From: Octopus bimaculoides
Taxonomy: Eukaryota
Direction: 5' to 3'
Length of the DNA: 64,000 nt
Assembly: GCF_001194135.2 (NCBI RefSeq)
Contig: NC_069007.1
Location: 10,557,194-10,621,193 of the forward strand
Part shown: positions 50,688 to 63,780 of the stretch, piece after piece
Position numbering within the stretch: the stretch's first letter is position 1
How the letters are laid out: each line of letters starts with the position of its first letter
Position numbers and translations under genes: made by a program
The notes under the pieces: model-generated
The model's database searches: none
What the model saw: the letters and a program-made list of their open reading frames with translations, nothing else
What the model was told of the DNA's origin: nothing

Positions 50688-51715
50688 ATGTCTAGATGTA
50701 ACCACTCGACTTCGGGGATCGAGTGGGCATTACATTTTGTGCAGAGAGAGGGAGACACAATCAAGCTGGTCTCTCAGGAAGAAACAATGAACGATAAGAG
50801 TAATAAGACGGTGGTGTACCGCACAGAAGCGGTCGCAACCAACAAAATAGATATAGTAACGGAATACGATATTGAAGAATGTTTGGGAGCCATTATGAAA
50901 AGAGCGACATTTGTGATCAGAGGAAAGAAGTACGACACAGTGGAGGTAAGGTTTGTCACCAAAGAAGATGCAGCCTCACATTCCACCATTCTTCTGTGAT
51001 CGGACAAGGTGATGCTGCTGCCCACGTGCTGAAAGGTACAGTGTTCGAATCAGAATAGCGAGAGTAAAAACAGAATGGTTGGTGGCAGCTATTCTGGCTG
51101 CCACTGAGGACAGTCCAGATCTGGGACTGGTTGGGAAAACAAGTATGTTAAACTGGTGGGGATGTAGTGTGGAGATGTGGCCTTTTGTCACATTCGAAGA
51201 TAGTGAAAGGATCCCCTACCAGATGGAGATAGTGGGAGAAAATTCCCTTAAAGTAATCGTTGCGGGTCGTCGGCCCAATTGTTACGAATGTAGAGTGAGG
51301 GGACATATGAGGACGCAGTGCCCCAGAAACGAGAATTCTCAGAGTTAGAAAACTGTACAAAAGGAACAAGAGGTGGAAATGGAAGAGAAGGTTGAAGCAA
51401 CGAAGGATGAAGATAACAAGAGCGATAAAAGATGTGTCAGAGACACAGAAGAGGAAGTAAAGACAAAGGAAGACAAAGCGAAGGCGGCAAAGGAGGGTAG
51501 TGACGGGTTTGTCAGCCCCAAAAGGAGAAAGAAGGCGAAGTCAGGAGAACATTCGCAGGGATCAGCAGTAGAAACGGAGAGGACGGCCAAAAAAGGCAAA
51601 GAGCCGTCGAAACTTAAGCATATGCATGCAGCAGTAGGGAAGGAACCAGAGGAAGTGGAGTACAAACTTAAGGGATACTTGATTTACTATGAGAAAAGTG
51701 TGGAGGTCGATAGAC
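50688..51715 (+). pseudogene. Non-LTR retrotransposon ORF1/gag-like relic with CCHC zinc knuckle (L1/Tx1-like)
   Basis: CYECRVRGHMRTQC (CX2CX4HX4C) followed by a Lys/Glu-rich tail. Split by a frameshift and stops. Confidence 0.75.
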
Positions 51716-51899
51716 GAGTGTTGGGAGGCACCGACTTGCCACGCCAGGAGCCGAGTTGCAAGCCGACTGGCTTTTCCTGGTTAATTTTTGCCCCTGCCAC
51801 AGCTTCGTATCCCTTGATGGCGTCTTCTACACGAGGTAACTGCCCTTCATCAAATACGATGATGGTAACATCATCCGCATATGCCGTCGCACTTCTACC
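51715..51899 (-). pseudogene. Reverse transcriptase fragment (YADD), L1/Tx1-like
   Basis: The minus strand reads RSATAYADDVTIIVFDEGQLPRVEDAIKGYEAVAGAKINQEKPVGLQLGSWRGK, with YADD at 51870-51881. Confidence 0.85.
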
Positions 51900-52379
51900 G
51901 TAACATAGATGTGGCCATCAGATTGAAAAGATCCCGATTCTGCCAGTTCGCTGCCTTCAGATAGGAAAATAATGGTTTGTATTTTCCTTTTCTTCGTTCT
52001 GTTTACTTGACATGTGTGGCGATTCATAAAAGTCTTGTTCTTGGAGTAAGCTACAAAAACAATTCTTAGATTCTCTCGACTTCTTGTAATTCAAACCGCC
52101 TCATGGTCCCTGTAGACAAAATGGAAAGGGCGTTGCCCCGGAAGATGACGAGAGAGGTGCACTGCGACAGCCACCCTGAATAGTTCCAAAGTCTGATAAG
52201 CTGGCTGGGTTAAGTAGAGTAACTGAGAGAGAAGGAATAGGCAGGAATTCATAGGGGGTCAATGATCATAGATATATGCAGCATACCAACAAAAATGTTC
52301 AAGACTAACGATCCTAATTACATGCTCACATGCTAAAAGAGTGTTGTCCCGACCTCACTGTTCAGCTCGCGTTTGTCAG

Positions 52380-52952
52380 TGCTTATAGACTGCATTTTCT
52401 TAACATATTAACTCATTCAACCACGCTATTTTCTACGTTAAACGTTTATACAATCGCCTGGTCGGTCTGTCACTCTACTCGCAATTTTACATTGCAGTCA
52501 AATCTTATTCAAAAAATAGTATACATTTCATTAAATCTTACCAACCTAAATACTGACTGACAAAAAAAAAAGACGCAACGACTGACGTAGCTATATGAAA
52601 ACTTTTCTTAAATCAGGACATGCATTAAAAACGAGCAGCAGCTATAGCAACAAGTGCTTATCGTTATTTCTTGCTAATACCTCACAGCATATGTTTATCT
52701 TTATTTTTTTTTTCTTGGGGTGTGTGATCAAAGTTTCAAACATTCTCAAAACAAACGATTAGGTTTTTTTTTTTTTATTACTTCACAATTTTTCAACTCT
52801 CGACATTTTTTGTATTTCTAGAAACTTATAAATTTTTTCAAATATTTCATGTCAGCAGTTAACTAGATGTATGTATTATTTATCTGGAGCAACGAAAGTA
52901 TTGTAACATTTCAGAATTAGCAGACGCCGTCTCTTTCAACATCGCAGTAAGT
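52380..52952 (+). promoter_or_regulatory. Possible promoter/first exon of a second gene
   Basis: Repeat-free, CpG-enriched island with a TGACGT motif at 52583-52588 and a consensus donor GCA|GTAAGT at 52946/52947. Confidence 0.3.
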
Positions 52953-53415
52953 CCCGATGCTTTTTCTTATTTGCATAACGTACTTTCACTGCACTACCGA
53001 GCGCAGCTCTGTGTGCCTTCGGTTTGTGGTGCTGTGGTTTGCTGTGATGCTCTTAATTTTATTGTATTGAAAATGATTTACGTAGGAAGTGTGCAATGCC
53101 TAGTAGTGCTATTTTCTGTATGTTATATATATTTGTGAGTCTTGATGTTTTTGTTATGTATTATTTTTTTATCATACCTAATGCGCCCACTATGATAGGA
53201 ATTATTTCTGTTTTTAGACTCCACATTCTCTATTTCAAGGTCTTTGTATTTTGAAAGTTTCTCCATTTCTTTAAGAGAAACGTTGTCATCTGTTGGTATT
53301 GATACATCAATTAGAAAGCATTTTTGTTTTCTTCATTATCTCTGACAACTATATCTGGCCTATTGGCCTTAATTTCTCTGTGTGTATTGGTATATACCCA
53401 TAGTATTGTTGCTTT

Positions 53416-53478
<63 letters not shown>

Positions 53479-55104
53479 TGTTTTGGTTTTGCTTTAATTT
53501 ATAATTGTTGCAACCAAGTTTCAACCAGTGATGTCAAAGGACTACAAGGTTTTGCCTCTGATAATGCGAACAAGCGAGGTGCAATTGAAAATACAGAGAT
53601 TATTATTATTATTGTCGTTGTTGTTGGCGAGCTGGCAGAATTGTTAGCACGCCAAGCAAAATGCTTTGCGGTATTTCGTCCGTCTTTTACGTTCTGAGTT
53701 CAAATTCCGCCGAGGTTGACTTTGACTTTCCTCCTTTCGGGGTCAATAAAATAACTATCAGTTGAACACTGGGGTCAATTTAATCGACTTACTCCACCCA
53801 CAAAGCTACTGGCCTTGTGCCAAAATTTGAAACCATTATTATTCCTCCAAGGTCGACTTTATCTTTCAAATTTTTGGAGATCAATGCAGCCGACTTTCCC
53901 CTCCCCTCAGAAACTTGTGGCCCTGTGCCAAAACTTGAAACCATTATATTTGTTATATTTATTTCTTCACCTTAGATGTAATGTAATTGTGTGGAGGTGC
54001 AATGGCCCTGTGGTTAGCGCAGCGGACTCGCGGTCGTAGGATCGTGGTTTCGATTCCCAGACCGGGCGTTGAGTGTTTATTGAGCGAAAACACCTAAATC
54101 TCTACGAGGCTCCGGCAGGGGTGGTAGTGACCCCTGTTGTACTCTTTCACTACGACTTTCTCTCACTCTTCCTGTTTCTGTTGTACCTGTGTTTCAAAGG
54201 GCCAGCCTTGTCACCCTCTGTATCACACTGAATCTCCTTCGAAAACTACGTTAAGGGTACACGTGTCTGTGGAGTGCTCAGCCACTTGCACGTTAAGCAG
54301 GCTGTTCCGTTAATCGGATCAGCTGGAACCCTCCTCGTCGTAACCGACGGAGTGCTACGTTTCCCTTTTAATGCGATTGGCAATTATTGAATGTAATTAT
54401 TATTGTTGTTAGTTATGTTGGTATGAGTGAAGGCGCATGGTTCAGTAGTTAAAACGTCAGACTTACAATCATGAGGTTGTGAGTTTGATTCCTGGACAGG
54501 ACTGTGTGTTGTGTTCTTGAGCAAAACACTTTGTCTCACGTTGCTCCAGTTCACTCATCTGTAGAAATGAGTTGCGACATCACTGTTACCAAGCTATGTC
54601 AGCCTTTGCCTTTCTCATGGGTAACATCGGTGGCGTGAAGACGGGAGACTGGTACGTAGGGGTGACAGCTGGTCTTCCATAAATAATCTTGCTCGGACTT
54701 GTACCTCGGAAAGAAACTTTCTATGTGCAATTTCATAGTCGTTCATGACTGAAAGGTATCTTTACCCTTCACCTTTTATATTGGTAGGGTACTCTTCAAA
54801 TCTTTTAACCATTAAACAGCTAGAAAAGATTGCATGAATGTGTATTTTGAACAAGCAAAAAATAAAAAGTATGTTTCTTATGGGTAATTTTTATATTTAT
54901 CTTCTCTTTAAATAAACAAAAGAAAATTTATCATTTTTAGTCTCTCACACAATAACATTTGGCGTGGCTGTGTGCTAAGAAGCTTGCTTCCTAATCACAT
55001 GCTTCCGAGTTCAGTTTGGGAAAGTGTCTTCTGCTATAGCCTCAGGCCGACCAAAGCCTTGTGAGTGGATTTGGTAGATGGAAGCCGAAAGAGGCTCAAA
55101 GTGT

Positions 55105-55136
<32 letters not shown>

Positions 55137-56609
55137 TGATTTGGTAGTTGGAAACTGAAAGAAGCCCTTCGTATAAATGTTTGTCTCCCACCATTGATTG
55201 ACAACCGGTTTTGGTGTGTTCACNNNNNNNNNNNNNNNNNNNNNNNNNNNNNNNNNNNNNNNNNNNNNNNNNNNNNNNNNNNNNNNNNNNNNNNNNNNNN
55301 NNNNNNNNNNNNNNNNNNNNNNNNNNNNNNNNNNNNNNNNNNNNNNNNNNNNNNNNNNNNNNNNNNNNNNNNNNNNNNNNNNNNNNNNNNNNNNNNNNNN
55401 NNNNNNNNNNNNNNNNNNNNNNNNNNNNNNNNNNNNNNNNNNNNNNNNNNNNNNNNNNNNNNNNNNNNNNNNNNNNNNNNNNNNNNNNNNNNNAAAAGAT
55501 CTTGATATTCTTTTTACATTACATAAAATATTCTTTACATTCTAATGTTGTTTTATTACCATTTATTCATGAGTATTATAAATTTTATGGGTCAAATATT
55601 TTTCTGGGAACGAATTACGATTTATAACATTGCTACTATGGGAAATTATCGCTCTGCTTTACGAGCTTTCGCTTTATGAGCAGTTTCCGGGAACAGATTA
55701 ACTCGTATATCGAGACATTACTGTATAAATATTTGACCTTTTAATAAATAGCAGTGATTGCGGGTGATACAACAGCCTACTTACTACTGTGAAATTAGGA
55801 CTGCTATAACATGTAGTAGTTTAGCAGTACCATGTTTAATGTGACACGATTTAATTGTAAATATTAAAGTTATATATATGGTAAAAGCAACATGTAGGTC
55901 AATGTAACGACAGTAAACCTCTTAGGTGGTTCCTAGATCACTGCGCTCTATCCTGTTCATAGCACTACCACATATAGACTCGCTTGGCTAAACACGTCCC
56001 AAACTCTCAATTGCTTTTACTTCTTCAGGGAATTTAACAAACATGTTAGCGGGGGGGGGGTCGCTGTGGGAGCTAAGTTTGCTTAACTTCATCCACTGTT
56101 TTACGCAAGCAATAACTTTTTCTGTTTTTTGAAATTTTTTGGAAAAATTCATGAAATCGTGTTTCACACACGGAAATTCAAAGGACTATGAAAAGAAGAA
56201 AAGAATTTTTTTTTTTTTAATTTCTCAAAATTTTGTTTTTCTTTTTATTTTTCTAATTTTTCGATATTTCTTTAAAAATCATAGTTAAACATACAGACAG
56301 TCCTAAATTTTTTGCTTAAATTCCCAGCGATAGATGATTAAATGTGTTTATGGAAAGAAAGATATTGAAATAAATCAATATGTCAGAGTGACAAACAAAC
56401 GATGTGGGTTGTGGCCCAATCAACATTTAAAGTGTAATCTTTATGTAAAGAATACATTGGTATCGATACAAACCAATTGCATTATTGATCATCGTCGATC
56501 AAGTGTGATGGACCGGAGTGAACATAAACACGTGACCGTGCAGTTTTATTATCTTTTACTCGTTTCAGTCATTTGACTGCGGCCATGCTGGGGCACCACT
56601 TTTCTAAAG

Positions 56610-56901
56610 CCTTGTACTTCGCCAACAAGACCTCAAAATAACACTCATTGAACGTCAATACCAACCCGCATTTATAGACCAATTAAACGTGCCAAGAAAT
56701 TGGACACAAACACACTAAGGGCAACAAAACAAAACACCACACCTCACTTTAAATCACTCCCATACATATCAACCCACAACCCCAGAAACAATGAAGCATA
56801 CAACACAATTATACAAAATCTCCCTCTGCTCACTCAAGACCCGAAATGAACAACATCCTAAATACTTATAAACTCCTCAAATGCAAAAGACAACACAAAT
56901 C
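56610..56901 (+). pseudogene. Penelope-like element RT thumb/linker relic
   Basis: With frameshifts it reads RQQDLKITLIERQY...KRAKKLD...LPYISTHNPRNNEAYNTIIQNLPLLTQDP..NNILNTYKLLKCKRQ. Confidence 0.6.
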
Positions 56902-58008
56902 NNNNNNNNNNNNNNNNNNNNNNNNNNNNNNNNNNNNNNNNNNNNNNNNNNNNNNNNNNNNNNNNNNNNNNNNNNNNNNNNNNNNNNNCACACCTACCTG
57001 AAGGCTCGGAATTCACATTCCAGCAAGGAGAAAAATTCTCAATTACGACGTGTGCTTTCCAGAACCTTATGTATGTACTAACCTGCTCATGTTGTGGCCA
57101 TAATTATGTGGGTCAAACGAGCCTTACTTTGAAACGCAGCGAGGTGCTTAGCAGTATTTCGTCCGCCGCTACGTTCTGAGTTCAAATTCCACCGAGGTCG
57201 ACTTTGCCTTTCATCCTTTCGGGGTTGATTAAATAAGTACCAGTTACACACTGGGGTCGATATAATCGTCTTAATCCGTTTGTCTGTTCTTGTTTGTCCC
57301 CTTTGTGTGTAGCCCCTTGTGGGCAGTAAAGAAATAATAAATTGTTATTACACACGCACACACACATACACACGCAAACATACACACTCTCACTTTAAAC
57401 ATACTTCGAGGTTACACACAACTGCAAAAGACCAATAAAGAACTTGCTTGCTGCATATTCATAATTTTGGCAATGTAGGATAAAGTATGATTTGAAAATA
57501 TTTTAAAAGTTAGTTTCACGTTTCGCTTTACTTCTACTTGCAGTCCTCGTTTGAAGAGAGAAGATCTATCAAAGTTAAACTGGTTTAAAAAATCAAAACA
57601 AAGATGGTATTTATTATAGAAGGTACCCTAATGACATGGGAAGAAATTTTACCTCACATTTCAAATGTGAAGAAACAAGGAACGATGCAGTTTCTTTACC
57701 AGTATAAGAAATATAAAGACGAAAAAAATTATCCATTTTACTGGGGCGATGAGGTAAGTACAGCGCACAATAGAAACTTGCATGAAAATAGAAAGGGAGG
57801 GAAGGAGAAAGGGCACTTGCTGATTTTAATTAAAATCAATGGCCAAGCGTGGCTACGTGGTAAGAAGCATGCTTCCTAATCATATGGTACAGGGCTCATT
57901 TCTACGCTGAGGCAGTTTGCGTACTGAGCGTTCTGCTAAAGCCTCGGGTTGACTAAAACCATGTTGGTGAGCGGATTTGGTAGACGGAAACTGAAAGAAG
58001 CCTGTCGC

Positions 58009-58048
<40 letters not shown>

Positions 58049-58968
58049 CAAGAATAAGGGCAGAGAATCGTCAATTAATAATAGAATTAATAATTAACAA
58101 TTTTGCCAAGTAGTTCAGTATGAAAAAAACCTTTATCGGTAAAACTATTTATCATCATAAATATACAGGGATTAGCAATTGAGTTGCTTCTCCAACATNN
58201 NNNNNNNNNNNNNNNNNNNNNNNNNNNNNNNNNNNNNNNNNNNNNNNNNNNNNNNNNNNNNNNNNNNNNNNNNNNNNNNNNNNNNNNNNNNNNNNNNNNN
58301 NNNNNNNNNNNNNNNNNNNNNNNNNNNNNNNNNNNNNNNNNNNNNNNNNNNNNNNNNNNNNNNNNNNNNNNNNNNNNNNNNNNNNNNNNNNNNNNNNNNN
58401 NNNNNNNNNNNNNNNNNNNNNNNNNNNNNNNNNNNNNNNNNNNNNNNNNNNNNNNNNNNNNNNNNNNNNNNNNNNNNNNNNNNNNNNNNNNNNNNNNNNN
58501 NNNNNNNNNNNNNNNNNNNNNNNNNNNNNNNNNNNNNNNNNNNNNNNNNNNNNNNNNNNNNNNNNNNNNNNNNNNNNNNNNNNNNNNNNNNNNNNNNNNN
58601 NNNNNNNNNNNNNNNNNNNNNNNNNNNNNNNNNNNNNNNNNNNNNNNNNNNNNNNNNNNNNNNNNNNNNNNNNNNNNNNNNNNNNNNNNNNNNNNNNNNN
58701 NNNNNNNNNNNNNNNNNNNNNNNNNNNNNNNNNNNNNNNNNNNNNNNNNNNNNNNNNNNNNNNNNNNNNNNNNNNNNNNNNNNNNNNNNNNNNNNNNNNN
58801 NNNNNNNNNNNNNNNNNNNNNNNNNNNNNNNNNNNNNNNNNNNNNNNNNNNNNNNNNNNNNNNNNNNNNNNNNNNNNNNNNNNNNNNNNNNNNNNNNNNN
58901 NNNNNNNNNNNNNNNNNNNNNNNNNNNNNNNNNNNNNNNNNNNNNNNNNNNNNNNNNNNNNNNNNNNN

Positions 58969-59007
<39 letters not shown>

Positions 59008-59541
59008 GTGTGTGTATACATATATTTAGAAAACCTAAGCTGTGGAAATTATAAGAGCGTTAACATATTTCTTTTCTACTTTTGATAAGCAGGATTGTAT
59101 TTCTCTGTGATTTCTTTTTAGACTGAATATTCCTTAATACGGTTTGACCATGAAGAACGAGTTGTCCAGTTATCTTTGACTTCCACGTCTTTTTTTGGAT
59201 CCCCTCAAGTACAGGCATTAGAATCAAGGTGCATATAATTATCTGTATCAAATGTGAAATAGTCTTTCATAAACCTAACATACGCACAGTTCTATATTTA
59301 AGAGATGAGGAATTATGTACATTATTTACATTATTTACATTCGACAGATATTTGTCCTCATCATGTTTGTTGTTAACACAACGGGCATATGGCGTAGTGG
59401 TTAAGAGCGCGGGTTACTAACCCCAAGATTCCGATTTCGATTCCAAGCAGTGACCTGACCAACAACAACAATAATAATAATAATAATAATAACGTCGAAA
59501 AATACCTTAGGAATGAGAACCCAGGTTCGAAATTTCCCCAA

Positions 59542-59587
59542 GACACCTGATGAAGGCTGGAGGGTATATCAGCCGAAACGTTGTGTT
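59542..59587 (+). ncRNA. Type-I minimal hammerhead ribozyme-like motif within a tRNA-headed repeat
   Basis: GACAC-CTGATGA-A-GGCTG(gagggtatat)CAGCC-GAAAC-GTT-GTGTT. Confidence 0.65.
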
Positions 59588-61007
59588 AACAACAAACAAG
59601 ATGAGGACAAATATCCGTCGAATGTAAATAATGTACCAACACACGTAATTGAGCTAGTATTTAGAATGCTTTTCTGTGTATCATACACTGCTGATGGGCC
59701 AGTTACTGCAGTATTTGTCCAGAAATAACGACTCTCATGGATTAGATATAAGAGAGACAGTAATCAATCCCCGTCAGCAGCCAGTGAGAAGACCAGAAGC
59801 AATGCAGCCTTTTCAATGAAGCATACTTGCAGCCATCCACATCCTCGAACAATTCGTCGTCTTTGATATAAGGAAAAAGTGAGTGTAACATTCGTTGGTG
59901 TTGTAAATAGCCATCCAGCTGAATAAAAATTCGGTGCATGCAACTGAGGCAGTATTGAATTGAAACAGCGGTCTGCGAATCATACTTAATGTATATACAC
60001 TGTTGATGGGCTAGTTATTGCAATATCTGTCCTATGTAACATCCTTTATGGGCGTGTTTTGTTAAAAACACTCTAAATCTTGGAAAGAGATTGAAAATGG
60101 GATGATAAGTCAAAAACTGTCATTCTTGGATATTTTAGAGGGCTGTTTAACTTTTGGGAAACATTCGTTGAGGAATGACGACGTCACTTGAAGATTTCTT
60201 CCAACACAAGCAAACAGAATCATCTCTCCTATGTATAGATTTTTAAATTTTATAATTTATAATTGTATTTTAATTAATTGAACAAATTTCTGATAACTAG
60301 TTTGGTAAACATAATCTCATTTTTAACCCCAAAATATCAAAGTGTATGGACTTCAGAATATGGCGAATTTATGATGGAAGGCAAACCCAGAAATCCATTC
60401 GGTGCTGCCATCACCGATTTGAATCATACAGAAGAACATTTTATAGAAAGGTAACCATAATACTTTGAATTTACTTTACTGTTTTTATATCTTTTACTTG
60501 TTTCAGTCATTTGACTGCGGCCATGCTGGGGCAGCACCTTGAAAGGTTGTAGTCGAACAAATCGACCCCAGGACTTATTATTTTTTNNNNNNNNNNNNNN
60601 NNNNNNNNNNNNNNNNNNNNNNNNNNNNNNNNNNNNNNNNNNNNNNNNNNNNNNNNNNNNNNNNNNNNNNNNNNNNNNNNNNNNNNNNNNNNNNNNNNNN
60701 NNNNNNNNNNNNNNNNNNNNNNNNNNNNNNNNNNNNNNNNNNNNNNNNNNNNNNNNNNNNNNNNNNNNNNNNNNNNNNNNNNNNNNNNNNNNNNNNNNNN
60801 NNNNNNNNNNNNNNNNNNNNNNNNNNNNNNNNNNNNNNNNNNNNNNNNNNNNNNNNNNNNNNNNNNNNNNNNNNNNNNNNNNNNNNNNNNNNNNNNNNNN
60901 NNNNNNNNNNNNNNNNNNNNNNNNNNNNNNNNNNNNNNNNNNNNNNNNNNNNNNNNNNNNNNNNNNNNNNNNNNNNNNNNNNNNNNNNNNNNNNNNNNNN
61001 NNNNNNN

Positions 61008-61550
61008 TGTCCCCCAAATGATTCTGTAAACTACGAAACAAATGGCAGTCTGAAGGAGCAAGGTCGGGAGAATAAGGTGGATGAGGAATATTTTCCCAAC
61101 CAAGCTCTTCGATCTTCTGTGATGTGATCTTTGCAGTGTGGGGTCGCCCATTGTCCCGATGAAACATCACTCCTTTTCGATTCACTAAAGCAGGTCTCTT
61201 TTTTTCTTCAAAGCTTGGTTCAAACGCTCTAATTGCTGACAGTAGATTTGAGCATTGATTGTTGCATTAGGTGGTAACAATTCAAAGTGAATTACTCCTT
61301 TGCAATCCCACCAGATAGAGAAAAGAACCCTTTTCCCATGAAGTTCCCTTCTCGGTTGTGGTTGAGCTTTTTCCCTTTTACCAAGCCACTCTTTACGATG
61401 TTTAACATTTCGATAGAAGATCCATTTTTCGTCACCAGTCACAAGTCTATCCAAAACGGGTGAAATGATTTCGCGAGGATGGAGAGAAGAGCAGATGTCA
61501 ACTCGGGATTTGCGGTTGTTTTCGGACAATTCATGAGGCACCCATTTTGA
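61008..61550 (-). pseudogene. Mariner transposase relic, catalytic D,D34D domain
   Basis: WVPHEL...DRLVTGDEKWIFY...FSIWWDCKG...(frameshift)...FHRDNGRPH...PHPPYSPDLAPSDCHLFRSLQN. Truncated by an N gap. Confidence 0.93.
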
Positions 61551-62179
61551 GAGATTAAACTATGATGGGAAGAAAGGTATATGACTACCCCGCATTTTAT
61601 ATGGGTTGAGGTGTGGTTAGATCGTAGACCATAGAGAGGTAAATACGGTGATAATGAGATATCAGAACATATCCTCATGAAGAGAGTATGGATGCAGAAG
61701 AATCAAAGAGAGTCGGTAAGGTTGTAAGATTGTGGGAGAGCAAGTGATACTTAGAAATATGGAATAGTGATGGTCAGATAAATGCGGTCATGGTGAACAG
61801 TGGGGTGTAATATGAGTAAGGACATCAAAACGATGGATGGGTGCTTATTAGTGGTAGCACAGAGGGGAAAGAGTTGTGACAAACAGTAGTGAGATGGGGA
61901 GCGGGGTTTCTCAATATTATTGAATGTGGTAGGAAGGTCAGTTTTAAAACATCTGTGAATGTGTATGTTGGAATATAACAAGCTGGGTATGGCAAAGTTT
62001 AAGTCAAATCCTCAGAATTATGGTGATGGCAAATACCGCTGAGGAAAATTCCAACTTTTATATAAATGGCGTGATCTATTAGTATCCTGTTCTAGGACAT
62101 ATCTGCGTTCATAAGGGCAGGGTAGGAAAATCTCGCTTTTACACTTTACGTAGGTGTCTGGTTGAGTGACTTTTTTACT

Positions 62180-62402
62180 ATAATTTTTCCTCCGTCGAGA
62201 GTTTGAAACTTCTGCTATTGAAGTAAGGTGTGCACCTTTCCAGTACTCACCACCTGAAATTGTAGTCTGCGATGCCTTCTTTCAGTGAACGTACGTGCTT
62301 TGCTAGGGGTTTAACAATTTGCATTTCCTAGATATTAAAAGAGGACTTATGGTTGTTAAATCTGGTTCTGAAGGGATCTTCTGTTGCTCCCATATATTTC
62401 TC
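62180..62402 (-). pseudogene. Penelope-like GIY-YIG endonuclease relic
   Basis: EKYMGATEDPFRTRFNNHKSSF...LAKHVRSLKEG..DYNFRW.VLERCTPYFN...EEKL, with several stops. Confidence 0.75.
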
Positions 62403-63729
62403 CTCGTCTTTCTGCCCGTTGAGATCCTTTGACATTCAGCTAAACAGCAACTACAATATACTAATTTTTTTGCTGCTTTAAAATTTTATTTCCTTATTTT
62501 TTTATTGTTGTTTTTGTTGTTACTTCCGACGTATAATGTATGAAATCTCTTTTGTCCAGTTTCGTGATGCTAATATCAAGAATCCATTTTGTTTATATTT
62601 TAGACGCAAAGCGATCAAACAATTCTTGGGCCCAAATGAAAGTTTAGTGAGTTTGACGGCTTTTCCCAGGTATGTGAAATCTTGGAACTAATGTTCATTG
62701 GTTCCTTTTTGTTAAATTTTTGGTTTTGAATGTAAATATTTTTGTGCTTTTATGGCAATATTTATGAGCTTTCAGAATCGTTATCGTATCGGACAAAATG
62801 CTTAGCAACATTTCTTCCGGCTTTTTCCGTTCATATCTTGCTGAAGTAAATTTTGCTTTTCATACCTCCTCCTTGAGGTCGATAAATTAAAGTACCAGTA
62901 AAATAATGGAGTCAATGTAATCTTCTAAACCTCTCCACTTAAAATTGTCGGACAAATTTAGAAACATTTGTTGTTTTTTATATTTAATTTATGTACGTTT
63001 TTATGTGAATGTGTTTGTGTTTTTTTTTTCTGTAAATATTTAAGATTTTACGGTAATGGGTCTCAATTAAATAATTATGTCTTTAAGTAAATATTTAGTA
63101 TTTTTGTTACCTATGTTTTTTATGTGAATATTTGTGTATGATTTCTATTTCAATATGTGTGTGTATGTGTGTGTGTGTAAAATATAGTTTATTGGTTTGT
63201 GGCAGAGGAATGCTCAATATTTGTTTTAAAGAAATATGGTTTTTATTGAAACTGAAACTTGGAGTTTGTCTCGCGACTCGAGCTTCATGCCACTGCGTTC
63301 TCGACTAACGATCGCAGTCGCGTGAAACTTGACTGACAGTTTCAATAAAAGATACATATAAAATAGTGCCCAGTAGAGCTGTTGCAAAAGTTTGGCTCCT
63401 TGGCATAGCCAGGATTACCAGAATAGTACTAGATAGTTGAAGAGAACAAGTTGCACGGTACTGAAGGCTATAGGCAGCAAACCCGCTACTCATGCAAGAT
63501 TTCAGGAGTTCCAGCAAACCCTAAATTAAAAGAAATAATAATGTATTTTATGGAGATGTACTTGCATAGCAAGTGACCTGATCTGAGATCGTGTGCTGGA
63601 ACGAAAACAATTGCAGCGTGGAAGGTGTTTATAAGCCATTTAAGAAACACACAAAAACAGTTAGATTCACTTCAACATCTAAATTTAATTTGCCAAAATA
63701 TTTTCGTCGCTTTGAAACCGCGACGGAAT

Positions 63730-63780
63730 TTTGTCAGTGAACAGGTCGCGGTCTCAAAGCGATGAAAATATTTTGGCAAA
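63730..63780 (+). ncRNA. Hammerhead-like motif with swapped G3-C8 core
   Basis: TTTGTCA-GTGAACA-G-GTCGC(ggtctcaaa)GCGAT-GAAA-A(TA)TT-T-TGGCAAA. Confidence 0.55.

Noticed and set aside
59760-59885. Possible exon (+ strand donor gtgagt at 59879; minus-strand 34-nt DDELFEDVDGC candidate)
   Set aside because: + frames are all interrupted by stops and the minus candidate has no partner exons; unsupported without RNA data.
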